Shown: positions 25,888-35,371 of the stretch, piece after piece
Numbering within the stretch: position 1 is the first letter of the stretch
Layout of the letters: every line of letters starts with the position of its first letter
Source: a virus
Reading direction: 5' to 3' (one strand)
Virus record (IMG/VR): IMGVR_UViG_3300032224_000591
Coordinates: 103,757-167,756 of that record
DNA length: 64,000 nt
Notes under the pieces: generated by a model
Told to the model about the DNA's origin: nothing
Database searches by the model: none
Seen by the model: the letters and a program-made list of their open reading frames with translations, nothing else
Made by a program: the position numbers and the translations under genes

Positions 25888-27294
25888 ATGTCCATTGAGC
25901 AAACCATTCTCAGCAATCTCGTCTATAATGAAGCGTACGGTCGTAAGGTTATCCCATTCCTCAAAGATGAATACTTTTCGGATGTTCCTATTCGAACAGT
26001 ATATCAACTCATTGATGCGTACGTTAAACAGTACAACGCATTTCCTTCCAAGGAGGCGCTGGCTATCGACTTATCCAATCGAGTTGGTACTCCAGAAAAC
26101 GTGTTCAAGTCTTCTAAAGATATTGTAGAGAGTTTAAGCTTTGACAAAGACACGCAAGTCGAATGGCTTGTCACCCAGACAGAGAAGTTCTGTCAAGAGA
26201 AGGCAGTATACAATGCGATCATGTCATCCATCCAAATATTGGATGACCGTGATGGGAAAATCTCTAAAGGCGCCATTCCGCAAATCCTATCGGACGCGCT
26301 CGGTGTATCATTCGATACTAACATCGGGCATGATTTCATTGAAGATGCGGATGCTCGCTATGAATTCTATCATACAAAAGAAAATCGCATCCCATTCGAT
26401 CTTGACTACCTCAACAAGATCACGGGTGGCGGGCTACCTAACAAGACGCTGAATATCATCCTTGCTGGTACTGGTGTCGGTAAGTCGTTGATGATGTGTC
26501 ATATGTCAGCTGCTAACCTTATGGTTGGTAAGAACGTTCTCTATATTACCATGGAGATGGCTGAGGAACGTATCTCTGAGCGTGTTGATGCTAACCTGCT
26601 TGATGTACCATTGGATCAACTCAAGGTTATTCCTAAAGACATCTACGATAAGAAGATGGACAAGATACGTAAGAAGACTCAGGGTAAGCTTATCGTTAAG
26701 GAATATCCTACTGCCTCTGTTGGGTCTGCAAACTTTCGTCATCTGCTTAATGAGTTGAAGCTTAAGAAGAAGTTTGTCCCTGACATCATCTATATCGACT
26801 ATCTGAATATCTGTACGTCTTCGAGGATTAAGCATGGAGCCCAAGTCAATTCTTATACCCTTATCAAGGCAATCGCAGAAGAGCTCAGGGGATTGGCAGT
26901 CGAGTTCAATGTACCTGTCGTCTCTGCGACTCAAACAACTCGAAGCGGATATTCGAGCAGCGACTTGGAACTGGGAGATACGTCAGAATCCTTCGGACTC
27001 CCAGCCACAGCTGATTTTATGTTTGGTATCTCCACATCAGAAAAGCTGGATGAACTCGGCCAGATCATGGTTAAGCAGCTCAAGAATCGCTATGGTGATC
27101 CCAGCACTAATCGTAGGTTCGTTGTTGGGGTGGATCGCAGCCGCATGCGTCTATATGATGTAGAGCAGTCTGCACAGGATGACATCATGGAGGATCGTCC
27201 TGTTATGGACAATGGTCACTTCATGACTGAGGATACTGAACGCAACAAGCCAAGGCAGAAGTTCACTAAGGACGTATTCGCGGGGTTCAAATGA
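25888..27294 (+). CDS. 41: Replicative helicase gp41
   Basis: AGTGVGKS, IDYLNI, SATQTTR, SESFGLPATAD, KNRY. Confidence 0.97.
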   Translation: MSIEQTILSNLVYNEAYGRKVIPFLKDEYFSDVPIRTVYQLIDAYVKQYNAFPSKEALAIDLSNRVGTPENVFKSSKDIVESLSFDKDTQVEWLVTQTEKFCQEKAVYNAIMSSIQILDDRDGKISKGAIPQILSDALGVSFDTNIGHDFIEDADARYEFYHTKENRIPFDLDYLNKITGGGLPNKTLNIILAGTGVGKSLMMCHMSAANLMVGKNVLYITMEMAEERISERVDANLLDVPLDQLKVIPKDIYDKKMDKIRKKTQGKLIVKEYPTASVGSANFRHLLNELKLKKKFVPDIIYIDYLNICTSSRIKHGAQVNSYTLIKAIAEELRGLAVEFNVPVVSATQTTRSGYSSSDLELGDTSESFGLPATADFMFGISTSEKLDELGQIMVKQLKNRYGDPSTNRRFVVGVDRSRMRLYDVEQSAQDDIMEDRPVMDNGHFMTEDTERNKPRQKFTKDVFAGFK

Positions 27295-27623
27295 AAGCTA
27301 TCTGGAAGTTCGGGCCACTTCATGTAGGTCAGCCTATGAAAGTTATGGGTCGACCGGTACATTTGAATATATCTGACGGCAACAATATACATGTTTGGTG
27401 TGAGGTAGATCCTGCTTGGCGTGATCTTCCTAACACAAAAGAGGGTCCTGCTTGGCGTGATCTTCCTAACACAAAAGAGGGTGAAAGTGAAGTTGAATGG
27501 CATACTGTAGTTCTTGTACCTACAGGCGAATCTTATGAAGGCAAGTACTTGTTTAGTACCTATGTAACTTACTATGATCGTGGTATGAAGTACTACTATC
27601 ATCTAATTGAGGTAGAGCGATGA
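27291..27623 (+). CDS. Hypothetical protein with 12-aa tandem duplication
   Basis: PAWRDLPNTKEG x2. Confidence 0.65.
   Translation: MKAIWKFGPLHVGQPMKVMGRPVHLNISDGNNIHVWCEVDPAWRDLPNTKEGPAWRDLPNTKEGESEVEWHTVVLVPTGESYEGKYLFSTYVTYYDRGMKYYYHLIEVER
27411..27482 (+). repeat. Perfect 36-bp tandem duplication
   Basis: CCTGCTTGGCGTGATCTTCCTAACACAAAAGAGGGT x2. Confidence 0.95.
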
Positions 27624-27838
27624 AGGGTTTTGTAATATCACATCCAGATCCAAAGGCGCGGGAGCTTTGCTGGGGATACTGGACATTCGCACCTACTGCA
27701 TCGGAAGCGTGGTTCCGCTGGATGGGCCACGAGCATCATGATATTGATCGCCCATATCTAATCCAAAAGTGGCATGATAAGGGCTATCGTGTAAGAGAAG
27801 CAGAGCTAACTGTATTTAAGGGCGAAGACGAGAAATGA
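27620..27838 (+). CDS. Hypothetical protein
   Basis: Coupled ORF. Confidence 0.65.
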   Translation: MKGFVISHPDPKARELCWGYWTFAPTASEAWFRWMGHEHHDIDRPYLIQKWHDKGYRVREAELTVFKGEDEK

Positions 27839-28338
27839 GAGACATCTACGTAATCAGCGACACACACTTTGGCCATGAGAACATCCTCAAGTTCGTTGAT
27901 ACTGAGGAGAAGCCTCTGCGTGAGTTCCATGATATTCATCACATGAATGAATTCATGATTGACCGTTGGAACAAGACGGTTAAGGACAATGATATTGTCT
28001 ATCATCTGGGTGATGTGTACTTCGGTAAGGGCTATGAAGTTCTGTCGAGATTACGTGGTCGTAAGCGTTTGATTCTTGGTAACCATGATGATGGTAAGTC
28101 AAAGTATCTTCAAGAGACGTTCGAGAAGATTCTGATGTGGAGGGAGTTCAAGGAGTTTGACTGTATCCTGACACACGTACCTATTCATGAGAGTGCACTG
28201 TACAAGCGTAAGTACAATCTGCATGGGCACGTGCATAAGGGCAGTCACCGTGGCCTAATTCAGGATGATAGATATATCAACTGTTGTGTTGAGGTCCGTG
28301 ACTATATGCCTGTTCATATTGAGGAGCTTGTGAAATGA
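27835..28338 (+). CDS. Calcineurin-like metallophosphoesterase
   Basis: SDTHFGH, HLGD, GNHD, THVP, HGHVH. Confidence 0.92.
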   Translation: MRDIYVISDTHFGHENILKFVDTEEKPLREFHDIHHMNEFMIDRWNKTVKDNDIVYHLGDVYFGKGYEVLSRLRGRKRLILGNHDDGKSKYLQETFEKILMWREFKEFDCILTHVPIHESALYKRKYNLHGHVHKGSHRGLIQDDRYINCCVEVRDYMPVHIEELVK

Positions 28339-28784
28339 CTGATAAGAATGATATGTGGGAAGACTTCAAGGCCATTGGTGATGCTATGAAGTCACGTGAG
28401 GATGAACTCGATAAGCTTGCTGAAACTTGTGACTATGATATGAAGCTGGCGGTCACTCGCTGGGTGATGAAGCATATTGTTGAGCATGCTGAGGAATCTG
28501 GGTCTTATCGATACCTAATCTATGATCGTCTTGGCTTTGGCCCTGATGCATATGCACCTCTTTGTAGTTCTGGTCTTACTATCAGCAATGAGTTCGACCT
28601 TGGCTTAAAAGAAGAGATAACTAAAGCTCTTGTGGCCGAGGATTATAAGCAGGTTAAATCGATAGTTGGCTTATGTGATGTTGATGGTTGCTACGATCAT
28701 GTTAGTTGTGGTTGGCCTTCACCTGACGGTTACCGCATGACCTGTAGTAAGCACATGAGGGAGTTAGATAATGAACAGGCGTAA
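28335..28784 (+). CDS. Hypothetical protein with C-terminal Cys cluster
   Basis: GSYRYLIYDRLGF. Confidence 0.7.
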   Translation: MTDKNDMWEDFKAIGDAMKSREDELDKLAETCDYDMKLAVTRWVMKHIVEHAEESGSYRYLIYDRLGFGPDAYAPLCSSGLTISNEFDLGLKEEITKALVAEDYKQVKSIVGLCDVDGCYDHVSCGWPSPDGYRMTCSKHMRELDNEQA

Positions 28785-29178
28785 GTTCTTTGCATTCCTT
28801 CCTGCTGCTCCATTTGCAGCAGTAGCGGCTGCTGAAGCAATGGCTAAGACTCCTCCTGCATCGATGGCGCCAGAGAAAGCATTGATGACGTTGACTGCTC
28901 ACAAGCAACCTCCGCCTGTTATGCCTCGCGACCCATTTACGTTTGCACCCAAGTATCCTTCATGGGGTGAACATTATATCTCTAAGGCGAGTTTAGACAA
29001 TTTTAATTATGTTACTTCTGGTCAATACACCAATAATAAGCTGACAATTGGTAAAGGTATGGAAGTAGAGGCAGATCAACATTTTGACGAAGAAATAAGA
29101 GTAGCTATGTCTGTTGGTAAGGATGGACATCTGTGGTTGAAGATAAATGATGAATGGAAGAGGATTGTGACAGAATGA
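28771..29178 (+). CDS. Protein with twin-arginine-like signal
   Basis: MNRRKFF...AAVAAAEA. Confidence 0.65.
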   Translation: MNRRKFFAFLPAAPFAAVAAAEAMAKTPPASMAPEKALMTLTAHKQPPPVMPRDPFTFAPKYPSWGEHYISKASLDNFNYVTSGQYTNNKLTIGKGMEVEADQHFDEEIRVAMSVGKDGHLWLKINDEWKRIVTE

Positions 29179-29405
29179 GTGACTCGCTAATTCAAGACAT
29201 TAGAGCTGTCAACTATTGGGAGTACATTGAACCACCGTGGGATGGTGTCACTATTCCTCGTCCAGAGAAGCAGCTAGTTGTTACCAACTATCAGCTACAG
29301 ATACGCAAGATTGTCGTAGATGCTCAGGGTCAGCCGACTCTAAGTGACTGGACTCCGATTCAAGTTCTCGATCATTATCCATCAACGATAAAGGTAACTC
29401 CATGA
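29175..29405 (+). CDS. Hypothetical protein
   Basis: Coupled ORF. Confidence 0.6.
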   Translation: MSDSLIQDIRAVNYWEYIEPPWDGVTIPRPEKQLVVTNYQLQIRKIVVDAQGQPTLSDWTPIQVLDHYPSTIKVTP

Positions 29406-29611
29406 ACTACAAGATCGTATCTACAAGCGAGCTGCACCAGATCCTAGAGACTGCGACAGAGCAGGTGATCGAATCATTCCCAACTAAAGAAGAGGCACGT
29501 AAGATGCTGCGCCACTTCAACCTTGGTGGTGGGTTTGATGGGTACACACCAACCTTCATGGTAAAAAATTGTTCTAAACTTCTTCAAAAATTAGAATCCG
29601 CGTATAAATAG
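29402..29611 (+). CDS. Conserved T4-like small protein
   Basis: NLGGGFDGYTPTF motif. Confidence 0.75.
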   Translation: MNYKIVSTSELHQILETATEQVIESFPTKEEARKMLRHFNLGGGFDGYTPTFMVKNCSKLLQKLESAYK

Positions 29612-29720
29612 GTTCACGAGCGAACTGTGTACTGTGTCTGCAGCACAAGTGGCAAGTTAGTAACGTTGGAATAGTCGGGAATAACGGTGGGGTTCCGCCT
29701 GACCACATTCGCTAGTGATA
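29612..29720 (+). ncRNA. Putative ~110-nt stand-alone late ncRNA
   Basis: TATAAATA at 29603, closing helix TCACGAGCGAA/TTCGCTAGTGA, own terminator. Confidence 0.65.
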
Positions 29721-29722
29721 CG

Positions 29723-29750
29723 AGGGGTGAGCGCAAGCTCACCCCTTTTT
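29723..29750 (+). terminator. Intrinsic terminator
   Basis: AGGGGTGAGC-GCAA-GCTCACCCC-TTTTT. Confidence 0.9.
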
Positions 29751-29791
29751 AGTTTGGATAAATACTAAAAAACCTATTTTAGGGATCCAAC

Positions 29792-31063
29792 ATGCGCTCA
29801 TTTCTAGCTTTCTTAAGAGAAGACTTCCTGGTTGAAAGGGACACTAGTGCGGCTGCAGCCGCTAGTGCTAATAACAATGCACTTGGTGCTGCATATGAAA
29901 CAGCCACTGCATTAAGACTTCATTCGATGACGGGATCATCAAAGAATAAGGATGCAGCTCATAAGAAGCGTATTGAGAGAATGCAGACACTACACGATGC
30001 CTCTATGACTTCTCTCTCACCTGAGAAGCAAAAGCAGGTCCTAGAGTATGCCAATAACTCTGCTACGGCATATCTAGATAGCTTGAAGAAGAATAAGGGT
30101 ATTAAGCCTGAGGATATTCATGAGGTTCATCACACGTATGCTGGTATCGATGATCTGATGGGCAAGAAGGTTGATCGTGCCGGTAACCCACACGACATTG
30201 CTATTAAGACGAAGGACGGCACACTGCATGGTGCATCACTAAAGTTTAAGCCTGGCACATTAAGTAACTCAACAACTAATACATTCGATCAGGCATCTAA
30301 TGCAGCTGGTATCAAGACAGATATTACTGGAATTTGGAATGCTGCTAAGAAGAAGGCTGGTTTAGAAGGCCTATCAGGTAAAGAGATTAAAGCTAGACGT
30401 GAAGATCCACAAGTTCTAGCAGCCAATAAGGCTGCACAATTAGCAGCCGCTAAACATCACTCAGAGGCTTTTAATTCAGCAAAACCGGCTCAGAAGAAAG
30501 CAATGCTTCAAAGCCTGATGAAGACATCTCCTGACTTAGACTATGATTATGTTGTAGGTTCAAAGAAGACGTCTGAACCTATTATGGAGAAGAAGCATAC
30601 GCAGGTTGTTAACAACGCAAAAGACTTTAAGGCTACACATACGCCTGGCGGTGTTGTTCATATTCATGACCAAGATGGTAATCATGTTATGTCGTATGAG
30701 CATCGTCCAACTCATGGTGCATTCTCATCCATACAGGTTAATGGTAAGCTAGGTAATCTTGGTGGAAAGAAGCCAGCTGCACCAGCCGCAAAGCCTATTG
30801 CTAAACCACCAACTACAAAGCAAACTATTAAGAAGGTTATTGGCGGACGCGCGCGCAATCCATCCGCTCCTAAGCCAGTTAAGTCTGCAGCCGCTGCCGC
30901 CGTTCAAACAGCAGCACAACCTGCTCGAGCTGCACAGATGGCACCGCCACCTAAACCTGCTCCAGCACCTACACCGACGCCATCAACTGGTAATTATCTT
31001 CAGGCTCCACCACCACGCATGAAGATTCAGAATCATATTAACACGATAAAGAAAACAAACTAA
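29792..31063 (+). CDS. Putative PD-(D/E)xK-like nuclease with Pro/Ala/Lys tail and capsid-targeting-like N-terminus
   Basis: GAAYE...PHD-x10-ASLK; starts MRSFLAFLRE. Confidence 0.5.
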   Translation: MRSFLAFLREDFLVERDTSAAAAASANNNALGAAYETATALRLHSMTGSSKNKDAAHKKRIERMQTLHDASMTSLSPEKQKQVLEYANNSATAYLDSLKKNKGIKPEDIHEVHHTYAGIDDLMGKKVDRAGNPHDIAIKTKDGTLHGASLKFKPGTLSNSTTNTFDQASNAAGIKTDITGIWNAAKKKAGLEGLSGKEIKARREDPQVLAANKAAQLAAAKHHSEAFNSAKPAQKKAMLQSLMKTSPDLDYDYVVGSKKTSEPIMEKKHTQVVNNAKDFKATHTPGGVVHIHDQDGNHVMSYEHRPTHGAFSSIQVNGKLGNLGGKKPAAPAAKPIAKPPTTKQTIKKVIGGRARNPSAPKPVKSAAAAAVQTAAQPARAAQMAPPPKPAPAPTPTPSTGNYLQAPPPRMKIQNHINTIKKTN

Positions 31064-33180
31064 TGCTAGTTTTTAAGAACTATCTAATCGAGTCACTCGA
31101 CATCGAGAAGCTAAAGCATCTTGAGCATGCAGAGGATCATATTGTCAATGCTGGTAATGAAGGTGTTGCTCATGCCCATGACTCGATGATGGATGTGATT
31201 AAGATTATTGAAGGCATGCCTACAAAGAGCATCATTACAACAAAGTATGATGGTGCACCTTCTATTGTGTTTGGAATTAATCCAGAAAATGGTAAGTTCT
31301 TTGTAGCATCAAAGTCTGCATTCAATAAGAATCCAAAGCTAAACTATACACCTGAAGACTGTGAGACTAACCACGGCCATGCACCTGGACTTGTGGCTAA
31401 ACTTAAGGCTGCCCTTGAGGAACTGCCTAAGATTATGCCTAAGAAGGGTGGTGTGTTCCAGGGCGACCTAATGTACACCAAGGATGATGTTAAGGACGAT
31501 GGTGATAGCTATAGCTTTACACCTAACACAATCACATATAGTGCAAAGAAGGATGGTCCACGCGGGCGTAATATCACTGCCGCAAAGCTAGGTGTTGTTA
31601 TTCACTCGTATTATGAAGGTAAGACCCTAGCTGATGCTAAGGTTAGATTTGACCTAGACCATGGTCAGTTCCGTAAGGATGCAGACGTTGATGCGATCAA
31701 TCCTGAGATTGGTCCAACATCTATTAGCCCGATGGAGAAGAAGAAGTTTGAGAGAGAAATTGAAGAGGCCAATCAAGTATTTGCTGGCATGGACTCTGAC
31801 TGGTATAATGTTCTCTCTGGCCATGAGATTACAATCAAGACTTATATCAATGACCTGGTCCGTAAGGGCACATGGAAGAATGCAAGTGCTGATGGATATA
31901 TCAAATTCCTAGGTGATAGAACTACTAAGGATATTGATGCATATGCTAAGAAGGCAACAAAGCCTGAGTTGATTGCAAAGAAAAGAGAGAAGCTGCTAGC
32001 TGACTTCAAGCTTATCTCAGACCACATCAAGCTTCATAAGCAGCAGTTCAACTCAATCTTCAAGCTTCATAGTACGCTACAGAGAGCTAAGGATACATTA
32101 GTTGGTTCTCTATCACGTGCAGATAATGGGTTCACAACAACAAGCGGTGGTGAAGCTGTTAAACCTGAAGGATTTGTCATCATTCGTAATGGCAAGCCTA
32201 CAAAGCTCGTTGATCGTGCTGAGTTCTCACGTAATAACTTCCTTCGTGGTTCTTTCCAGAAGATGGGTGAGGATGAGCCGGCTGATAGCGCAATGCCAAA
32301 AAAGCCTATTGTTACTACCTTTGGTCGTATGAATCCACCTACATATGCCGGTCACGGTGCAGTTGTTGGTAGAGTTCAAGAGCTTGCTAAAGAGAATAAG
32401 GCTCAGGCTGATATTACACTTTCAAGATCACAGGATCCTGAAAAGAATCCATTGACACCAGAGCAGAAGCTGAAGCATGCAAAGCGTATGTTCCCCGGTG
32501 CTCCTATTCGTATCACTGATGAAGATGCACCTAGCATTATCGATCATGTCAAGAAGCTAGCAGCGGCGGGACATGATCATCTTATTATGGTCGTCGGTTC
32601 TGATCGTGTTGAGGGTATTAAGAAGCTTCTCGATAGCTATAATGGTAAAGAGTATAACTTCAAGAAGATTGATGTTGTATCTGCCGGTGAACGTGACCCC
32701 GATAGTGAGGCAGATGACGATGAGAAGCCACAGTCCGCTGATGATGTAAGACGTAAAATGTCTGCATCTAAAATGCGCCGTCACGCTCTAGCAGGTAAGA
32801 AGGCAGACTTCAGAGCTGGTATGCATCCAACTGCATCTGATGAGCATGTCGATGAGATGTACAATGAAGTACGTCAGGGCATGGATATTAAGATCGATGC
32901 TAATACTCCTATGAGGTCTCTATTAAACCACGCTCGTCGTAAGGACAAGATTGGTACACGTGCACGTAATGAGGTGAAGCGCCGCGAGCTTGCTAGAACT
33001 GTTGCAAAGCAGCAGACCGCAAGAGCAAAGGTAGCTAAGAAGGTTCAACCTAAAGTAGCAGCCCCGAAGCCTATCAAGGCGGCCCAACCAAAACCAGCAG
33101 TACCTAAACCACCTATGAAATCGATTCGTGAAGAGTTTATATCAAACCTATTGCAAACTATAAGAGAGCGAAATTGGTAA
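31063..33180 (+). CDS. Fusion: RNA-ligase-like (KxDG) domain plus HIGH-type cytidyl/nucleotidyltransferase
   Basis: TKYDGAP, QGD, EGFV...K; then FGRMNPPT.AGH, KNPL, VGSDR, SAG.RDPD, MSASKMR. Confidence 0.8.
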   Translation: MLVFKNYLIESLDIEKLKHLEHAEDHIVNAGNEGVAHAHDSMMDVIKIIEGMPTKSIITTKYDGAPSIVFGINPENGKFFVASKSAFNKNPKLNYTPEDCETNHGHAPGLVAKLKAALEELPKIMPKKGGVFQGDLMYTKDDVKDDGDSYSFTPNTITYSAKKDGPRGRNITAAKLGVVIHSYYEGKTLADAKVRFDLDHGQFRKDADVDAINPEIGPTSISPMEKKKFEREIEEANQVFAGMDSDWYNVLSGHEITIKTYINDLVRKGTWKNASADGYIKFLGDRTTKDIDAYAKKATKPELIAKKREKLLADFKLISDHIKLHKQQFNSIFKLHSTLQRAKDTLVGSLSRADNGFTTTSGGEAVKPEGFVIIRNGKPTKLVDRAEFSRNNFLRGSFQKMGEDEPADSAMPKKPIVTTFGRMNPPTYAGHGAVVGRVQELAKENKAQADITLSRSQDPEKNPLTPEQKLKHAKRMFPGAPIRITDEDAPSIIDHVKKLAAAGHDHLIMVVGSDRVEGIKKLLDSYNGKEYNFKKIDVVSAGERDPDSEADDDEKPQSADDVRRKMSASKMRRHALAGKKADFRAGMHPTASDEHVDEMYNEVRQGMDIKIDANTPMRSLLNHARRKDKIGTRARNEVKRRELARTVAKQQTARAKVAKKVQPKVAAPKPIKAAQPKPAVPKPPMKSIREEFISNLLQTIRERNW

Positions 33181-33246
33181 ATACCATGTCAGCAGAAAGC
33201 TACGGCAATCCTGCAAAATTCATGGTTAAGCCCACGGGAATCACCA

Positions 33247-34302
33247 ATGTCTGAAGAAACGAAGTCTCCTACTAGTCCTCAGCTAGCGTTCGACGAATCG
33301 AGCGGGCTTGCCGTAGTCCTGACACCTAAACAAACTGTCTCCCTATACAAGAAATCAAAGTCATCTGGAATCCCGTTTGATACACTGGAGGAAGTGTATC
33401 GCCGTGGGTATTCAGAGACATTATCAGAACAGGTTGCATACGACCGTATCAACTCATTCATCGCAGGCGGAGCAGCTATAATGATAGATAAAGACCTTTT
33501 AGAAGATGCTAAAGGATATAAAAATCCAACCGGTGGATTAACTCAAAAAGGGCGTGACCACTATAATAGAGAAACCGGTGGACATTTAAAGGCACCAGTA
33601 ACTACTTCCCCATCAAAATTAAAGGCTGGTTCAAAAGCAGCAGGCCGTCGTAAATCATTTTGTGCCCGTATGGGTGGTGTTGAAGGCCCAATGAAAAAGC
33701 CAAATGGTGAACCCACACGAAAGGCATTAGCATTGCGTAAATGGAATTGTCGTAGCGAAGAAACACAGATTGATGAAAAGACATGTAATTGCTGGGATGG
33801 TTATAAGCGTGTTCGAGGAACAAAACCGTGCGCTCCGGGCTCATGTGTCAAAGAATCTAATATTACTGAAAAGCGTGGGCTATGGGATAATATCCATGCC
33901 AAGCGCGAAAGAATTAAGCACGGATCAGGAGAGCATATGCGTAAGCCTGGATCTAAAGGTGCTCCTTCAGCCAAAGACTTGAAAGACTCACAGGTTACTG
34001 AAGTATCAGCCGAGTTAGTCGGTAAGGTTAATAAAGCCAGAACAATTGATAAGAGGCCGAGTAAAACCGAAGCTGGTGCAAAGACATTGCAGCTAGCCGT
34101 CAAGAAGGCGTTTATCGGTAAGAGTGTCAAGGAAGCCTATACCAACGGAGAGCCAATCTCTGCAAACAAGGATGATGCATCAAACCGTTTTACTGGCACA
34201 GACTCTCTAGTTCAGAACTACAAAGAAACTACACCAGGTCAATCTAGCCGACTAAGTATTATCAAGAAGGTGGTAAGGGAATCTAGATGTACAAATGATT
34301 AG
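33247..34302 (+). CDS. Modular basic virion/internal-head-type protein
   Basis: GGLTQKGR...RRKSFCARM...ALRKWNC, CWDGYK, GLWDNIHAKR modules separated by [ILV]xE. Confidence 0.7.
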   Translation: MSEETKSPTSPQLAFDESSGLAVVLTPKQTVSLYKKSKSSGIPFDTLEEVYRRGYSETLSEQVAYDRINSFIAGGAAIMIDKDLLEDAKGYKNPTGGLTQKGRDHYNRETGGHLKAPVTTSPSKLKAGSKAAGRRKSFCARMGGVEGPMKKPNGEPTRKALALRKWNCRSEETQIDEKTCNCWDGYKRVRGTKPCAPGSCVKESNITEKRGLWDNIHAKRERIKHGSGEHMRKPGSKGAPSAKDLKDSQVTEVSAELVGKVNKARTIDKRPSKTEAGAKTLQLAVKKAFIGKSVKEAYTNGEPISANKDDASNRFTGTDSLVQNYKETTPGQSSRLSIIKKVVRESRCTND

Positions 34303-34342
34303 GATTGTAGTACAATAGACCAGAGATTGGAAAGGTACTACG

Positions 34343-34951
34343 ATGCTGAAGTTTAGAGATTATGTAACAGACAGGGCTACGCTGTTTGTGTTTGATATTG
34401 ATGATACGATGTTCCATACCACAGCCAAGGTTAAGGTTGTGAGGAATGGTAAGATTGTAAAGACTTTGGATACAAGTGAATTCAATACGTATACACTTGG
34501 ATCAGGTGAGCATTATGACTTTAGTGAGTTCCATGATGCTAAGAAGTTTCATGATGAGTCGGTACCTATTGAGAAGATGTTGGAGACTGTAAAGAAGATT
34601 CATGCTTTGGTCCGCAAGGACCCCAATAGTAGAGTTATCATAAATACAGCAAGAGCGGACTTCGATGACAAAGTTACGTTCTTGAACACGTTTCGAAAGT
34701 ACGGTATCAATATCGATGGTATTCATGTTGAGCGCGCCGGCAATATTCCTGGTAAGGAAGCGCCTGCCTCAAAGAAGGTATCGATCCTGAAGAGGTACAT
34801 CGATCTTTTGAAATTTAAGAAGGTAGTCATGTATGACGACAGTAAGTCGAACCTGAAGGCTTTATTGTCTATGAAGAATGAATTTCCAGACGTCAGGTTC
34901 GTCGCTTATCATGCACAACCCGATGGGTCTATTAAACACTATGGAGTATAA
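34343..34951 (+). CDS. HAD-family phosphatase (Pnkp phosphatase-like)
   Basis: FDIDDT, TAR, K, YDD..NL. Confidence 0.85.
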   Translation: MLKFRDYVTDRATLFVFDIDDTMFHTTAKVKVVRNGKIVKTLDTSEFNTYTLGSGEHYDFSEFHDAKKFHDESVPIEKMLETVKKIHALVRKDPNSRVIINTARADFDDKVTFLNTFRKYGINIDGIHVERAGNIPGKEAPASKKVSILKRYIDLLKFKKVVMYDDSKSNLKALLSMKNEFPDVRFVAYHAQPDGSIKHYGV

Positions 34952-34954
34952 AAC

Positions 34955-35371
34955 ATGGAAACGTTAATTGGCATTGCATTTATTCTAGCGGTTGGTTTTG
35001 TTCTTTGGAAGGTCCTTGTTAAGAAGGAGACCGTTCAAGAGGCAGTTAATGAAACAGTGGCTGATGTGAAGAGCGCAGCTGATGTTAATAAGGATGGACA
35101 GATTAATACGGCAGACCTAGTAGCCGCTGTTCAAGAGATTAAGGCGGTTGAGGCTAAGGTTGAAGTGGTCGTTAATAAAGCTACAGAAGAAATCAAGGCT
35201 AATATCGATGCTAAGACAGAAGAAGCTTTTGTTAAGGCGATGGAAGAAGCCGCTAAAGTTGAAGTAGCTGTCGAGAAGGCAGTTGAAGAGGTTAAGGTTG
35301 TTGCTGAAAAAACCAAAGCGGTTGTTAAGAAGGCAACATCACGTAAGAAGAAAGTAAAGAAGAATGGATGA
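34955..35371 (+). CDS. Membrane-anchored A/V/K/E-rich protein
   Basis: N-terminal TM, DVNKDGQI EF-hand-like loop. Confidence 0.7.
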   Translation: METLIGIAFILAVGFVLWKVLVKKETVQEAVNETVADVKSAADVNKDGQINTADLVAAVQEIKAVEAKVEVVVNKATEEIKANIDAKTEEAFVKAMEEAAKVEVAVEKAVEEVKVVAEKTKAVVKKATSRKKKVKKNG

